DNA of 64,000 bases, taken from positions 10,302 through 74,301 of IMG/VR virus record IMGVR_UViG_3300044632_001398; one strand, written 5' to 3'. Shown here piece after piece: positions 10,520-20,022 of the stretch. The stretch comes from a virus. Numbering within the stretch: position 1 is the first letter of the stretch; every line of letters begins with the position of its first letter. Made by a program: the position numbers and the translations under genes. The notes beneath the pieces are model-generated. The model was given only the letters and a program-made list of their open reading frames with translations. It had not been told where the DNA came from and made no database searches.

Positions 10520-11316
10520 AATATATCTTTTTCTATGTTTTTTATAATACTATCGGCAATAATCCTATGACAATTTTTTGATGGATGATGATCTTGAGGA
10601 GGATTAGTTAAATCCGAATCGTTTGATATTAACATACCATTATTTAATTTAATTAAATCGTCAATACAATTATACGTTTTATTATTATAATCTAATATAA
10701 TCAATTTTTTTGAAATTTCCTCATTATTGAAGATTAATTTTAATAAATCATCTTGCCAACATAGTATTTTAGTTTTTATACCTTTTTCTTCATAAAATTT
10801 TAAAAATTCATTTAATTCACGTAAAATTTGATTTTTAAAAATATCATACCATTCATCAAATGATGAATTATTTTCATACAACCACTCAATAAAAATTCTA
10901 TCTTCTTTATTATCAGAAAATTGATTTTTAAATGGAATATTAAGGTTATAATCTGTCCCTTTATAATTAAATTTAAATTTATTTCTTGTTATTTGACTTG
11001 TTTGAAATATGATATATTCAATATCATCATAATTTAAACAACAAATCGGTGATTTTCCGTTAAACGAGTCTTCAATAAATTCAAATGAATCGTATTCACT
11101 ACCCCCATTATTAGATTTAACAACTTCAAATGTATTAAAATGATTTGCAACTAATCTTGGGTAATAAAGTGTATTTTTAAATTTTATTTGTGCGTCGGTT
11201 ATGAATTTTTGATTAAACTCACTATCACTTAATTTTATTACATTAGGTAAATTAGAGTAATAATATAATCCTTGACCCCAAGTAAATGAACAACCGGCAA
11301 ATATAATTCCTTTCAT
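10516..11316 (-). CDS. SGNH-like protein
   Basis: AGCSFTWGQG..NGGS..DHHPS; near-twin of 11318..12133; start inferred at MKGIIF. Confidence 0.65.
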   Translation of the reverse strand: MKGIIFAGCSFTWGQGLYYYSNLPNVIKLSDSEFNQKFITDAQIKFKNTLYYPRLVANHFNTFEVVKSNNGGSEYDSFEFIEDSFNGKSPICCLNYDDIEYIIFQTSQITRNKFKFNYKGTDYNLNIPFKNQFSDNKEDRIFIEWLYENNSSFDEWYDIFKNQILRELNEFLKFYEEKGIKTKILCWQDDLLKLIFNNEEISKKLIILDYNNKTYNCIDDLIKLNNGMLISNDSDLTNPPQDHHPSKNCHRIIADSIIKNIEKDIL

Positions 11317-11317
11317 A

Positions 11318-12133
11318 TTATAATTCGTTTTCAATTACGCTAATAATACTATCGGCAATTACTCTGTGACATTTTTTTGACGGATGATGATCATTATAAA
11401 CGTATCCATTAAAGTAAGGGTCATGTTCAATATACATTTCTTTATGTTTTTGTTGTAACTGTTGTATAGTGTCAAAAACCTCACCATTGTAATGTAATTG
11501 TATAAATCTTGAATTTAAAAACTCATCATTTTTAATATGATGTAATAAATCATCTTCCCAAGTAAGTATCTTAGTTTTTAAACCTTTTTCTTCGTAAAAT
11601 CTTATCTGTTTAATTAGTCTATGATATTGTTGTTCAGATAATTGATTTTTCCAATCATCAATAGAATAGTTATTTACTTCCATCCATTTTAATAAATTAG
11701 ATGTGTCACCCCAATCCGCTTTAGGAGGTAGGTTACATGAAAAAGATTCACCATTAACTTCAAAGTAAAAGTTATTTCTAAACAATTGAGAAAGTTGGAT
11801 TATCACATAATCAAAATCGTCATAGGTATATCTTTCGTTTGAATAATGACTATATATTTTCTTTTTTTCTGAATCTGTTAGTATATTATCAAAAAAATCA
11901 AATGTCTCGTCCTCAGACCCACCGTTTACGTTTTTGAAAACTTCAAACGTATTAAAATGATTTGCAACTAATCTTGGAAACCTAATTGTATCTTTAAATT
12001 TAATTTGAGCGTCCGTAATTTTATCTGCATGATATTGATATGGAGGTGGATTGTAAAGATTCGGTAATTCGGAATAAAAGTACAATCCTTGTCCCCATGT
12101 GAATGAGCAACCCCCAAATAATAATCCTTTCAT
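11318..12133 (-). CDS. SGNH-like protein
   Basis: GGCSFTWGQG..NGGS..DHHPS. Confidence 0.65.
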   Translation of the reverse strand: MKGLLFGGCSFTWGQGLYFYSELPNLYNPPPYQYHADKITDAQIKFKDTIRFPRLVANHFNTFEVFKNVNGGSEDETFDFFDNILTDSEKKKIYSHYSNERYTYDDFDYVIIQLSQLFRNNFYFEVNGESFSCNLPPKADWGDTSNLLKWMEVNNYSIDDWKNQLSEQQYHRLIKQIRFYEEKGLKTKILTWEDDLLHHIKNDEFLNSRFIQLHYNGEVFDTIQQLQQKHKEMYIEHDPYFNGYVYNDHHPSKKCHRVIADSIISVIENEL

Positions 12134-13107
12134 TAATTAAATTCGTTTTTGTGTTGTAAATACCAATCGTAAGCTAATCTTAATCCGTTTTGAATAGTTG
12201 TCTTAGCTTCCCAACCTAAATTCTCTTTTATTTTATTTGAATCAATTTTACGAGTTGGAATCATAGACGGTTTTCCTTGAATGTATTCGGTTGGTACCTC
12301 ATGTTCTGCAATTGCTCTCATTATTTCTAAAACTTTATTTACTGAGTATACAGTGTTTGAACCAACATTATATGTTTGGAACATTTCAGTCTCATTTTCC
12401 ATCACCACTTGTAATGCCTCAACAAAGTCTTCAATGTATAGTAAATCTCTTAATTCGGAACCGTCACCCCACACTGGTATTGGGTCCATTTTATCAGCAA
12501 CCTTACGAATTGTTGCAGGAGTAACGTGACATTTGTTGAAATCATATTTATCGTGAGGGCCAAACAAATTCGCTGGTCTAATCACAGTACATTTCATTGT
12601 TCGTGGTAAGTATTTTGCATACAACTCACATTGAACCTCAGCATATCTCTTCATCCAACCAACAGGAAAATAAACAGGATATGGTTCATCAAATAAGAAA
12701 TCAGTCTCAACTACCGGTTCATCACCTTTAGGTGGATAAACAGTATTAGATGATATAAATACATAATGTTTAACTTCGTTTCTCCAAGCGGAATCAATTA
12801 AAAAATTATTCATTGCCACATTTGGAGTTACGTGAGCTAATGGATCAACTACTGTATCAACAGCATTTGATGTGGAGGCTGCTGCGTGAAATACAACATC
12901 TACATCTTTAGTTGCATTCATACAACCTTCATAGGTTTGTAAATCGTACTTACTATACTCAACACCATCGTAAGTGGTTCTTACACCTCTTTTATGAAGG
13001 TTTACTCTTAAATTGGTATAACCTTCTTTAATTAATCTTGCGGTTAAGTTTTGACCTACCAATCCCGAACCGCCGGTAATTAATATCTTTGAATTTTTGT
13101 CTATCAT
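12133..13107 (-). CDS. NAD(P)-dependent nucleotide-sugar epimerase/reductase (GDP-fucose synthase-like SDR)
   Basis: ITGGSGLVG, HAAA, RPANLFGPHD..HV.P, WGDGSELRD. Confidence 0.85.
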   Translation of the reverse strand: MIDKNSKILITGGSGLVGQNLTARLIKEGYTNLRVNLHKRGVRTTYDGVEYSKYDLQTYEGCMNATKDVDVVFHAAASTSNAVDTVVDPLAHVTPNVAMNNFLIDSAWRNEVKHYVFISSNTVYPPKGDEPVVETDFLFDEPYPVYFPVGWMKRYAEVQCELYAKYLPRTMKCTVIRPANLFGPHDKYDFNKCHVTPATIRKVADKMDPIPVWGDGSELRDLLYIEDFVEALQVVMENETEMFQTYNVGSNTVYSVNKVLEIMRAIAEHEVPTEYIQGKPSMIPTRKIDSNKIKENLGWEAKTTIQNGLRLAYDWYLQHKNEFN

Positions 13108-14804
13108 ATTATATTTTGTTTTTTTAAGTCTTCTAATCTATATTCCTCCTCAACTAATTTTTTATCGTGAACGAAATCAATATAAGTTAATCGTCTAAAA
13201 TCATTTTTTACCTTTTCCACCGAATGATCAGGATTATTTAAAGTGAAATCTAATAATGCAAAATTACCTAAAGTTGGTTTTACATAATTAACTTCATTAT
13301 TTTCATTAATTCTCAACTCCCCACCACCATTATTATAATCATTTTCGTCGGATAAGTAAATTAAAATAACACAATATCTTTTTCTATTTTCCCCATCATT
13401 GTGAGGTGTTATATGATCACCATTTTCATAAATTGTATATGCGTCTTGGTGATTGTAGTTACCTCTTAATATTGGATATATTTTACCTATGTAATCCTCA
13501 ATTACAAAACGAAGATAATCCCTACCTTTTTGTAAATCATCATTAAAATGTTTACTTTCCCACCATCTTTGTACCTCTAATCCTTCTTTTTCTTTTATAT
13601 AATTTTCTAATCCCGAAATTTCATCTGATGTGTAATGTAACTTTTTTTCCCAACTATCAATTTGATTTTTTTCGGCAATTAATTTATAATCAAATCTATA
13701 ACTAAAATTACTATTATCTTTAGTAGATTCTTTTATACCATTAAGAATCTCTTTAAACTTTTCCATATCGGGTATAAGTTCCTCAATTTTACCAAAGTAA
13801 TAACCACCGTTAGTTAAAAATTCTCTTACATTAAAATTAACACCTTCAATAGGAAATTGAGTTTTATAATAATAATATGTTTTAGCTAAACCTTCTTCAA
13901 AAGGTGTTGTAGGTAGTAAACCATATTTTTCTTGTTTTGTGGTATCCATTTGTCTTCTTAAATCACCATTAGGTTTTGATGTGTCCCATTTAATGGTAAT
14001 ATCCTTACCACTTATTTTTACTAACGATTCAATCATAGATTTAATTGTAATCTCAACACCCGAACCAAAATTAATTACATCATGTATACCATCTTCGTAC
14101 ATTTTTTTAATTGCAAATGCAACATCTTTTCCATAGACAAAGTCTCTAATTGAACTACCATCACCCCAAGACTCAATTGAATCAGTTGCTTCATGTATTT
14201 TCTTTATTGTTGAAGAAATTACAGTACCACTTCCACTATAATCATCGTAGTCACCATATATATTTGCAGGTCTAATAATGGACCATTTTTCATACCCATA
14301 TTGTACTTTATATGCCTCTAATAACATCTCGCCAACTCTTTTAGACCAAGACGGAAACCAATCATGTTCAGATGGTAAAGTATTCCAAACGGTATCTTCA
14401 ACAAACTTTTCGGCGGGTGAATAAACACCAACAGAACTCACAAAAACTAACCATATATCTTTTAATGCACATTGATTTATTATCTCAGTGTTAATTTTTA
14501 TTGATGGATATAAAAAATCCACTGGTTTAGTTTTTGCTTTAATTGGTGAACCTTTAATACCAAATGTATTAAATACGACATCAAAACTGTATTTTTCAAA
14601 TAATTTTTTAATTGAACCATCTACAGTTAAATCCATTTTTATAAACTCAAATCTATTTTTATATAGATTATTATAGTTAATTTCAGGTTCTTTTAAGTCA
14701 ATACCCACAACGAAATAATTAAAATTATCTCTTAATAATTCAGTTAATAGAAATGTACCAACTAAACCTGAACAACCCGTTAACAACACTGTTTTTCTCT
14801 CCAT
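13104..14804 (-). CDS. Nucleotide-sugar SDR fused to a C-terminal 2OG-Fe(II) oxygenase
   Basis: TGCSGLVG..RPANIYG..WGDGSSIRDF, then HNDG..LIYL..GGEL..HSV..R. Confidence 0.8.
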   Translation of the reverse strand: MERKTVLLTGCSGLVGTFLLTELLRDNFNYFVVGIDLKEPEINYNNLYKNRFEFIKMDLTVDGSIKKLFEKYSFDVVFNTFGIKGSPIKAKTKPVDFLYPSIKINTEIINQCALKDIWLVFVSSVGVYSPAEKFVEDTVWNTLPSEHDWFPSWSKRVGEMLLEAYKVQYGYEKWSIIRPANIYGDYDDYSGSGTVISSTIKKIHEATDSIESWGDGSSIRDFVYGKDVAFAIKKMYEDGIHDVINFGSGVEITIKSMIESLVKISGKDITIKWDTSKPNGDLRRQMDTTKQEKYGLLPTTPFEEGLAKTYYYYKTQFPIEGVNFNVREFLTNGGYYFGKIEELIPDMEKFKEILNGIKESTKDNSNFSYRFDYKLIAEKNQIDSWEKKLHYTSDEISGLENYIKEKEGLEVQRWWESKHFNDDLQKGRDYLRFVIEDYIGKIYPILRGNYNHQDAYTIYENGDHITPHNDGENRKRYCVILIYLSDENDYNNGGGELRINENNEVNYVKPTLGNFALLDFTLNNPDHSVEKVKNDFRRLTYIDFVHDKKLVEEEYRLEDLKKQNII

Positions 14805-14805
14805 T

Positions 14806-16548
14806 TTATATTATTTTTTTTTCTAAATTTAAATAGTCATCAATTTTAACATCAGTTAACGATTTGAAAAAGTTAACGTCATTTTTTGAATTATATATAT
14901 CAAAAACTTTCTGACGATTTTTATCAAATCTTTCTTTATTGTTTTTATAGAATTCCATAAAGAATTCTTTATTTTCATACATTCGTTTAATCTCCGTAAT
15001 AACTTTATGCATTCTAATACGATTATCTGGTTCATCGTCATAATCATGACTTATTATGTCATCAAACATATCAAATTTAAATCTATCTTTTAGATATTTT
15101 ACATGATTATATGAAGCCAAAAATATTGGGAATTGATAAAAGTAAAATGGTTTCATTGATTTTTCGGTGATATGTATTTCTTTGGGTGAATAACATGATT
15201 CGGTTGTTATATTAACATATGTATCCTCATATGTTTTACGAGCATACACTCTATTCCAAAAAATTTGAGCACCATCACTAGTATCGTCAAACCAAGTTCT
15301 ATTTTCTTCGTGTTTACTTTTTTTAATATCAATTTCAGTTAAGAATTTAATCTCATCTTTATATTCATTTTTTTCATCACCTATAAAAAATTCTGAATAG
15401 TAATTTTCATCTTCATGTCTTTTCTCCTGTTTATGATACCATCCCATAATTAAAGACCAATCTATGTGTTCTAAAATTCCATCTTTTTTTAACATACATA
15501 AAAAAGAATATCTATGAGGCTTTGGACTTCTATTGTGACATAAGAAAAATTCACCGTTTTTTTCGGGTACAAAATTAGGATCACCAAGTTCAACCATATG
15601 AGTTGATATGAACATAACCAAAAAATCCAAAGAATACATGTTATATAATATATTATGTTTTTGCTTATAATAATCTAATTTTGAATTATTATTTAACATA
15701 TGGATTCTCCTATAATCTAATCCTTCTTTTATTATTAATTTATTTAAGTATACTACATAATCTTCATATTCAAATTCGTGTTCATTTAACATTATAATAT
15801 GAAAATTTAAACATTTATTGAAACATTCTCTAACCTTAGGAGGTAAAGGTAACGTCTCAACTTCCATAACATGATGATGAAAATTATCGCTGTTAATAAA
15901 ATAAAAATAGTTCTCATTAGGATTTTCATAAACCTCATCCAAAACACAATTTCTTATATCATGAAAAAGATTATAGAATCTAAACAAACCAATCACAATT
16001 TTATATCTATAGTAATCTCTATGTGCTGGATATAAATTTGCGTGATAAGTGGTATAATCATCGGACCATCTATCATAGACAATGTTAAATGTTTTTTTAT
16101 CAAAAACCCTTAGTTGATTCAAATAATCTAATTTTAAATCATTTGGTTTTAAAATAATAACATTCTTAAACGAAATAAATAATTTATCATATACTTTTTT
16201 AAGAGATTCAACAACGTCATATTCATCAAGTAAAATAATTTTAAAATTACTGTCACTTCTAATTCTACCTCTTAAATGTTCGGTAAATGGATAATCTTTA
16301 TCCAATAAATTTTTATTCTCAAAACGACTCAAATCGTTAATATGTGTTAGAAAATAATAATAATTTTCATTTACATTTTCGGCATTGTCATCAACGTTAG
16401 ATTTTCTAATGTTTTCAACACCTGATAATTTAAGTAAATTTTGAACATATAAAAATCTCTCATCATCTGAAGGTTTTTTATTGTTCACGTAATGTGAATC
16501 ATCTAAATTATCTAAATTATCACAAATTATATTTAAAAAATAACCCAT
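14806..16548 (-). CDS. GT10-like family member 2, with duplicated N-terminal module
   Basis: LCHNRSPKPHR, NITTES..HITEKSMKPF..QFP. Start inferred at MGYFLN. Confidence 0.5.
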   Translation of the reverse strand: MGYFLNIICDNLDNLDDSHYVNNKKPSDDERFLYVQNLLKLSGVENIRKSNVDDNAENVNENYYYFLTHINDLSRFENKNLLDKDYPFTEHLRGRIRSDSNFKIILLDEYDVVESLKKVYDKLFISFKNVIILKPNDLKLDYLNQLRVFDKKTFNIVYDRWSDDYTTYHANLYPAHRDYYRYKIVIGLFRFYNLFHDIRNCVLDEVYENPNENYFYFINSDNFHHHVMEVETLPLPPKVRECFNKCLNFHIIMLNEHEFEYEDYVVYLNKLIIKEGLDYRRIHMLNNNSKLDYYKQKHNILYNMYSLDFLVMFISTHMVELGDPNFVPEKNGEFFLCHNRSPKPHRYSFLCMLKKDGILEHIDWSLIMGWYHKQEKRHEDENYYSEFFIGDEKNEYKDEIKFLTEIDIKKSKHEENRTWFDDTSDGAQIFWNRVYARKTYEDTYVNITTESCYSPKEIHITEKSMKPFYFYQFPIFLASYNHVKYLKDRFKFDMFDDIISHDYDDEPDNRIRMHKVITEIKRMYENKEFFMEFYKNNKERFDKNRQKVFDIYNSKNDVNFFKSLTDVKIDDYLNLEKKII

Positions 16549-17168
16549 TTTCCTGTTCCGTAGTGCGGCCACTCTTTTTTATAATTATACCAAATAACAT
16601 CATTAGGAACATCTCTTTTTACACCATTCCAAGTTTCCTCTGTGGGAGTGTTTGTTGACACACCATTATCCTCAACAATGAATCTTATTGGTAAATCGTA
16701 ACGTTTTGCATATTTGTGCATTTCATAGAAACCACCGGTTTCAAATGCCATATCACCAATGAAACACCATACTTTATCATTGTTACCATCTCTTTTATTT
16801 GCCATTGCCACACCTGTGGCGATAGGTATGATGGCCCCTACAATTGCTGAAGCGTAAAATCTATTTTCTTTATTAACTAAAGTAATTGACCTACCCTCTA
16901 ATATTTCTTGTTCCACCCATTCAGACGGCACACCGTGTAGTAGTGCATGATAATGAGATCTCCAAGTTGAAAATACCCAATCTGTTGGTTTAATATATTT
17001 GAATATATCAATTAATTCGTCCTCATTTCCACCACTCAAGTGAATTGGACCTCTTACTTTACCGACTTCCCAATGGTCAGCCATTTTTCTTTCAAATTGA
17101 ATTAATCCGGCTTTATCCCATAATGGATTATTCACAATTGGTAATTCATCTACTAAATTTTTTATCAT
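16533..17168 (-). CDS. TPP enzyme alpha subunit (short E1-alpha-like)
   Basis: PIHLSGGNE, STWRSHYH, GDMAFETG..EDN TPP-binding motif. Confidence 0.85.
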   Translation of the reverse strand: MIKNLVDELPIVNNPLWDKAGLIQFERKMADHWEVGKVRGPIHLSGGNEDELIDIFKYIKPTDWVFSTWRSHYHALLHGVPSEWVEQEILEGRSITLVNKENRFYASAIVGAIIPIATGVAMANKRDGNNDKVWCFIGDMAFETGGFYEMHKYAKRYDLPIRFIVEDNGVSTNTPTEETWNGVKRDVPNDVIWYNYKKEWPHYGTGKWVIF

Positions 17169-17710
17169 CTATCTCGTTTTTGTAATATTGGTTTATCTGT
17201 TGGCCATTCCATTTGATATTCAGGGTCGTTCCATTTAACTACACCTTGTTCATCCGCATCTACATATCCATCTTTATAGAATAGGTTATAGTGAAACATA
17301 CAATCAGACAATGCGTAGTGACCATTTGCAAAACCTGGGGGTACTAATACTTGGTTTCTCAATCTTTCACTTATAATATACGATTCCCATTCACCAAATG
17401 TATCAGATGTTGGTCTCATATCTAAAACGACTAAATAGATATCACCTACTGCCGCTTGAACTAATTTCCATGTTTTATTATCCCAATGTAGACCTCTTAA
17501 TACACCTTTATATGAACGAGAGAATCTACCATGAATTGATATCTCACTCTTTTCATAATGAATATGTCTCATTACTGGGTGTTCTTCTGAATGAAAAGTT
17601 GTAAATATTTCACCTCTATACTCTCTGAATACTGATGGTTGAAATGATGGAACTTGATAACCGAATTTTTTTGATGGAGTTTCTACGAACTCATCCCACT
17701 TGTTACTCAT
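17165..17710 (-). CDS. rmlC: dTDP-4-dehydrorhamnose 3,5-epimerase family cupin
   Basis: RG.F, SYKGVLRGLH, KLV, D.R..S.TFGEW, VPPGFANG, WNDP..WP. Confidence 0.85.
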   Translation of the reverse strand: MSNKWDEFVETPSKKFGYQVPSFQPSVFREYRGEIFTTFHSEEHPVMRHIHYEKSEISIHGRFSRSYKGVLRGLHWDNKTWKLVQAAVGDIYLVVLDMRPTSDTFGEWESYIISERLRNQVLVPPGFANGHYALSDCMFHYNLFYKDGYVDADEQGVVKWNDPEYQMEWPTDKPILQKRDR

Positions 17711-17711
17711 A

Positions 17712-18683
17712 TTATGTTTTATTTGCGTATCCTAAAGGAAATCCGTTTCTAAATTCTGCACCCATTTTCGGTACAATCATTTGATATGCCATTATTAATT
17801 CTTCTATTCCTTTATCTAAATCCCATTCAGCTTTCCAACCAGTTAATTCAACTTTATTATTTGAAACTATATAATTTCTTTTATCGGGATCTTCATAAAA
17901 ATCGTTATATGATACCGCAAAATTCTTAACATGTTCTTGTATTTTTTCAAGTAATTCTTGTTTACTTAAATTAGCACTACTCAAACCAACATTGAAAATT
18001 TCTCCTTTATATCTATCATAATTTTTTAACATAAATAAGAAAACATTTGCAACGTCTTGAATATGTATGAAATTACGTTTGAACGATTTTTCAAATACAA
18101 CAATATATTTGTCAGTGATTGCTTTATATGTGAAATCATTTACTAATAGGTCAGTTCTCATACGAGGAGAAACACCAAATACGGTTGCCAATCTAAAAAT
18201 AATAGCGTCTGTTGATGTTTTTAGGAAATTTTCAGCCTCACATTTTGTTTGACCATATACGGATATTGGTGTTAGTGGTGATTCTTCATCACATTCCACC
18301 TGACCCGTACCTAAACCATAACCACTATTAGTGTTAGGGTATAATATTTTTTTATTTTTATTGTTACAATATTTTACAATATTCACAATTTGTTTGAAAT
18401 TAATTTCTTTGGCCAATTCAGGTTCTGACTTACACGCGGGAAATCCAACGATTGCCGCTAATGGGATTATAACATCAGACTCATTACATAGTCTTTCTAA
18501 TAAACTTTCATCACGAACATCACCATGTATAAATCTAAAATTTGGATTAGATGTGTAAGATAAAAGAGATACTTGATTAAAGATTAGTTTATCAAGTACG
18601 GTCACTTCATAACCTTCATTTAACATTTTTCCCGTTATAACGGAACCAAGATATCCAGCGCCTCCTGTAATTAAAATTTTCAT
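17712..18683 (-). CDS. NAD-dependent epimerase/dehydratase
   Basis: ITGGAGYLGS, LAAIVG.PAC, YGQTK, RLATVFG.SPRMR.DL. Confidence 0.9.
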   Translation of the reverse strand: MKILITGGAGYLGSVITGKMLNEGYEVTVLDKLIFNQVSLLSYTSNPNFRFIHGDVRDESLLERLCNESDVIIPLAAIVGFPACKSEPELAKEINFKQIVNIVKYCNNKNKKILYPNTNSGYGLGTGQVECDEESPLTPISVYGQTKCEAENFLKTSTDAIIFRLATVFGVSPRMRTDLLVNDFTYKAITDKYIVVFEKSFKRNFIHIQDVANVFLFMLKNYDRYKGEIFNVGLSSANLSKQELLEKIQEHVKNFAVSYNDFYEDPDKRNYIVSNNKVELTGWKAEWDLDKGIEELIMAYQMIVPKMGAEFRNGFPLGYANKT

Positions 18684-18687
18684 TTAA

Positions 18688-18735
18688 AAAATATACGAAA
18701 AAAATATCATTTTTCAAATAAAATTCGTATATTTT
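18688..18735. promoter_or_regulatory. Divergent promoter pair (TTCGTATATTTT on each strand)
   Basis: 12-bp inverted repeat AAAATATACGAA (18688-18699) / TTCGTATATTTT (18724-18735) just upstream of the divergent starts 18683 and 18745. Confidence 0.6.
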
Positions 18736-18744
18736 ACTATTAAT

Positions 18745-20022
18745 ATGGAAAAAATTATTTGTAGTTTGGAGGAGTGGGATAGTATCTTAAACTATTATAG
18801 ACCAAATGGAGCATCTAAAACTTGGTATTTAAAAGAACTTAAAAGATTAAGTAGACCTTTAATGTGGGGTGATTGGAATGTGTTCACCGAAGATGGGGAT
18901 TTGTTTGAAGATAATAGATTATGGGATAATGTCACACCAAAGCATATAAAACAACTTGATTATGTTCCTTACGAAAATATTGATAATCAACCACATATAT
19001 ATGTAATTAATGTATATTCATTTAGTTTTTTTAGAGATAATGAAAATATTGGCTTTAAGTGTGTGTCCGAAAAATATTTGAATGATATACGTGAAGGTAG
19101 GTCTAAAATAATGTTAATATTCCTTTATGAAGGATATTCTGGCTCAAAGGGTAACTACGATTTAGAAATCATTGAAAAGTGGAGAGTAGATTCTAATCTA
19201 CCGAAAGACTCAATATATTACGTATCAGGTAATTACTTAATACAAGAATTAATAGATAAAAAGGGTTTGAATTTTCAAGGTAGACCAATTCATTATTTTG
19301 AACCGTGGAATAGATATGACGAAACTGAAGTAGTTAAATTTAAACCTATAGATGATAGGTATTTGTTTCTTTCTTATAATAGAAACCCAAGACCACAAAG
19401 AATACAATTCTTGTTGATAATGTTGAGAGAACAATTATTTAATAGAGGATGGATTAGTTTGAATAATTTGATTTACGAACCAATGCCTGGCGATAATTTG
19501 GACGATTTTATTTATCTAAGAGATAATGCACCATTTGTAATAGACACAAGGTACGACTTGTTTTATAATTTAGCGATAAATATTACTAAGGAGGATTATG
19601 AAAAAACGTTCATTTCAATCGTAACCGAATCTTTAGCGGATGATGACACATTATTCTTTTCAGAAAAAATATGGAAACCTATAATGGTCGGACATCCATT
19701 TATATTATACGGTAATCAATATTCTTTGAAGTTATTAAAAGAATGGGGGTTTAAGACATTTGATAAGTGGATTGACGAATCGTATGATGAAATCGCCGAC
19801 AGGGTTCATAGAGCAGAAATGGTTGTTAACGAATTGAAGAAATTTGATAATAAAAGTATTGATGAATTAACAAAAATTAGGGAAGAGATGGAAGAAATAT
19901 GTAAGTTCAATCAAAACCATTATAAAATTTATTATAATAAAAAATATAACGATGACGGTACATGTAATGATTTAATTAACATTTATCAAGAAGTATGGTC
20001 AACAATAAAAAATAAAATATGA
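18745..20022 (+). CDS. GT10-like family member 3
   Basis: LSYNRNPRPQR, IVTES..FSEKIWKPI..HPF..GFKTF..IDESYD. Confidence 0.5.
   Translation: MEKIICSLEEWDSILNYYRPNGASKTWYLKELKRLSRPLMWGDWNVFTEDGDLFEDNRLWDNVTPKHIKQLDYVPYENIDNQPHIYVINVYSFSFFRDNENIGFKCVSEKYLNDIREGRSKIMLIFLYEGYSGSKGNYDLEIIEKWRVDSNLPKDSIYYVSGNYLIQELIDKKGLNFQGRPIHYFEPWNRYDETEVVKFKPIDDRYLFLSYNRNPRPQRIQFLLIMLREQLFNRGWISLNNLIYEPMPGDNLDDFIYLRDNAPFVIDTRYDLFYNLAINITKEDYEKTFISIVTESLADDDTLFFSEKIWKPIMVGHPFILYGNQYSLKLLKEWGFKTFDKWIDESYDEIADRVHRAEMVVNELKKFDNKSIDELTKIREEMEEICKFNQNHYKIYYNKKYNDDGTCNDLINIYQEVWSTIKNKI

Noticed and set aside
9971-17168. Pyruvate dehydrogenase auxiliary metabolic genes
   Set aside because: Both subunits are truncated, no E2/E3 is in the window, and the context is nucleotide-sugar synthesis.
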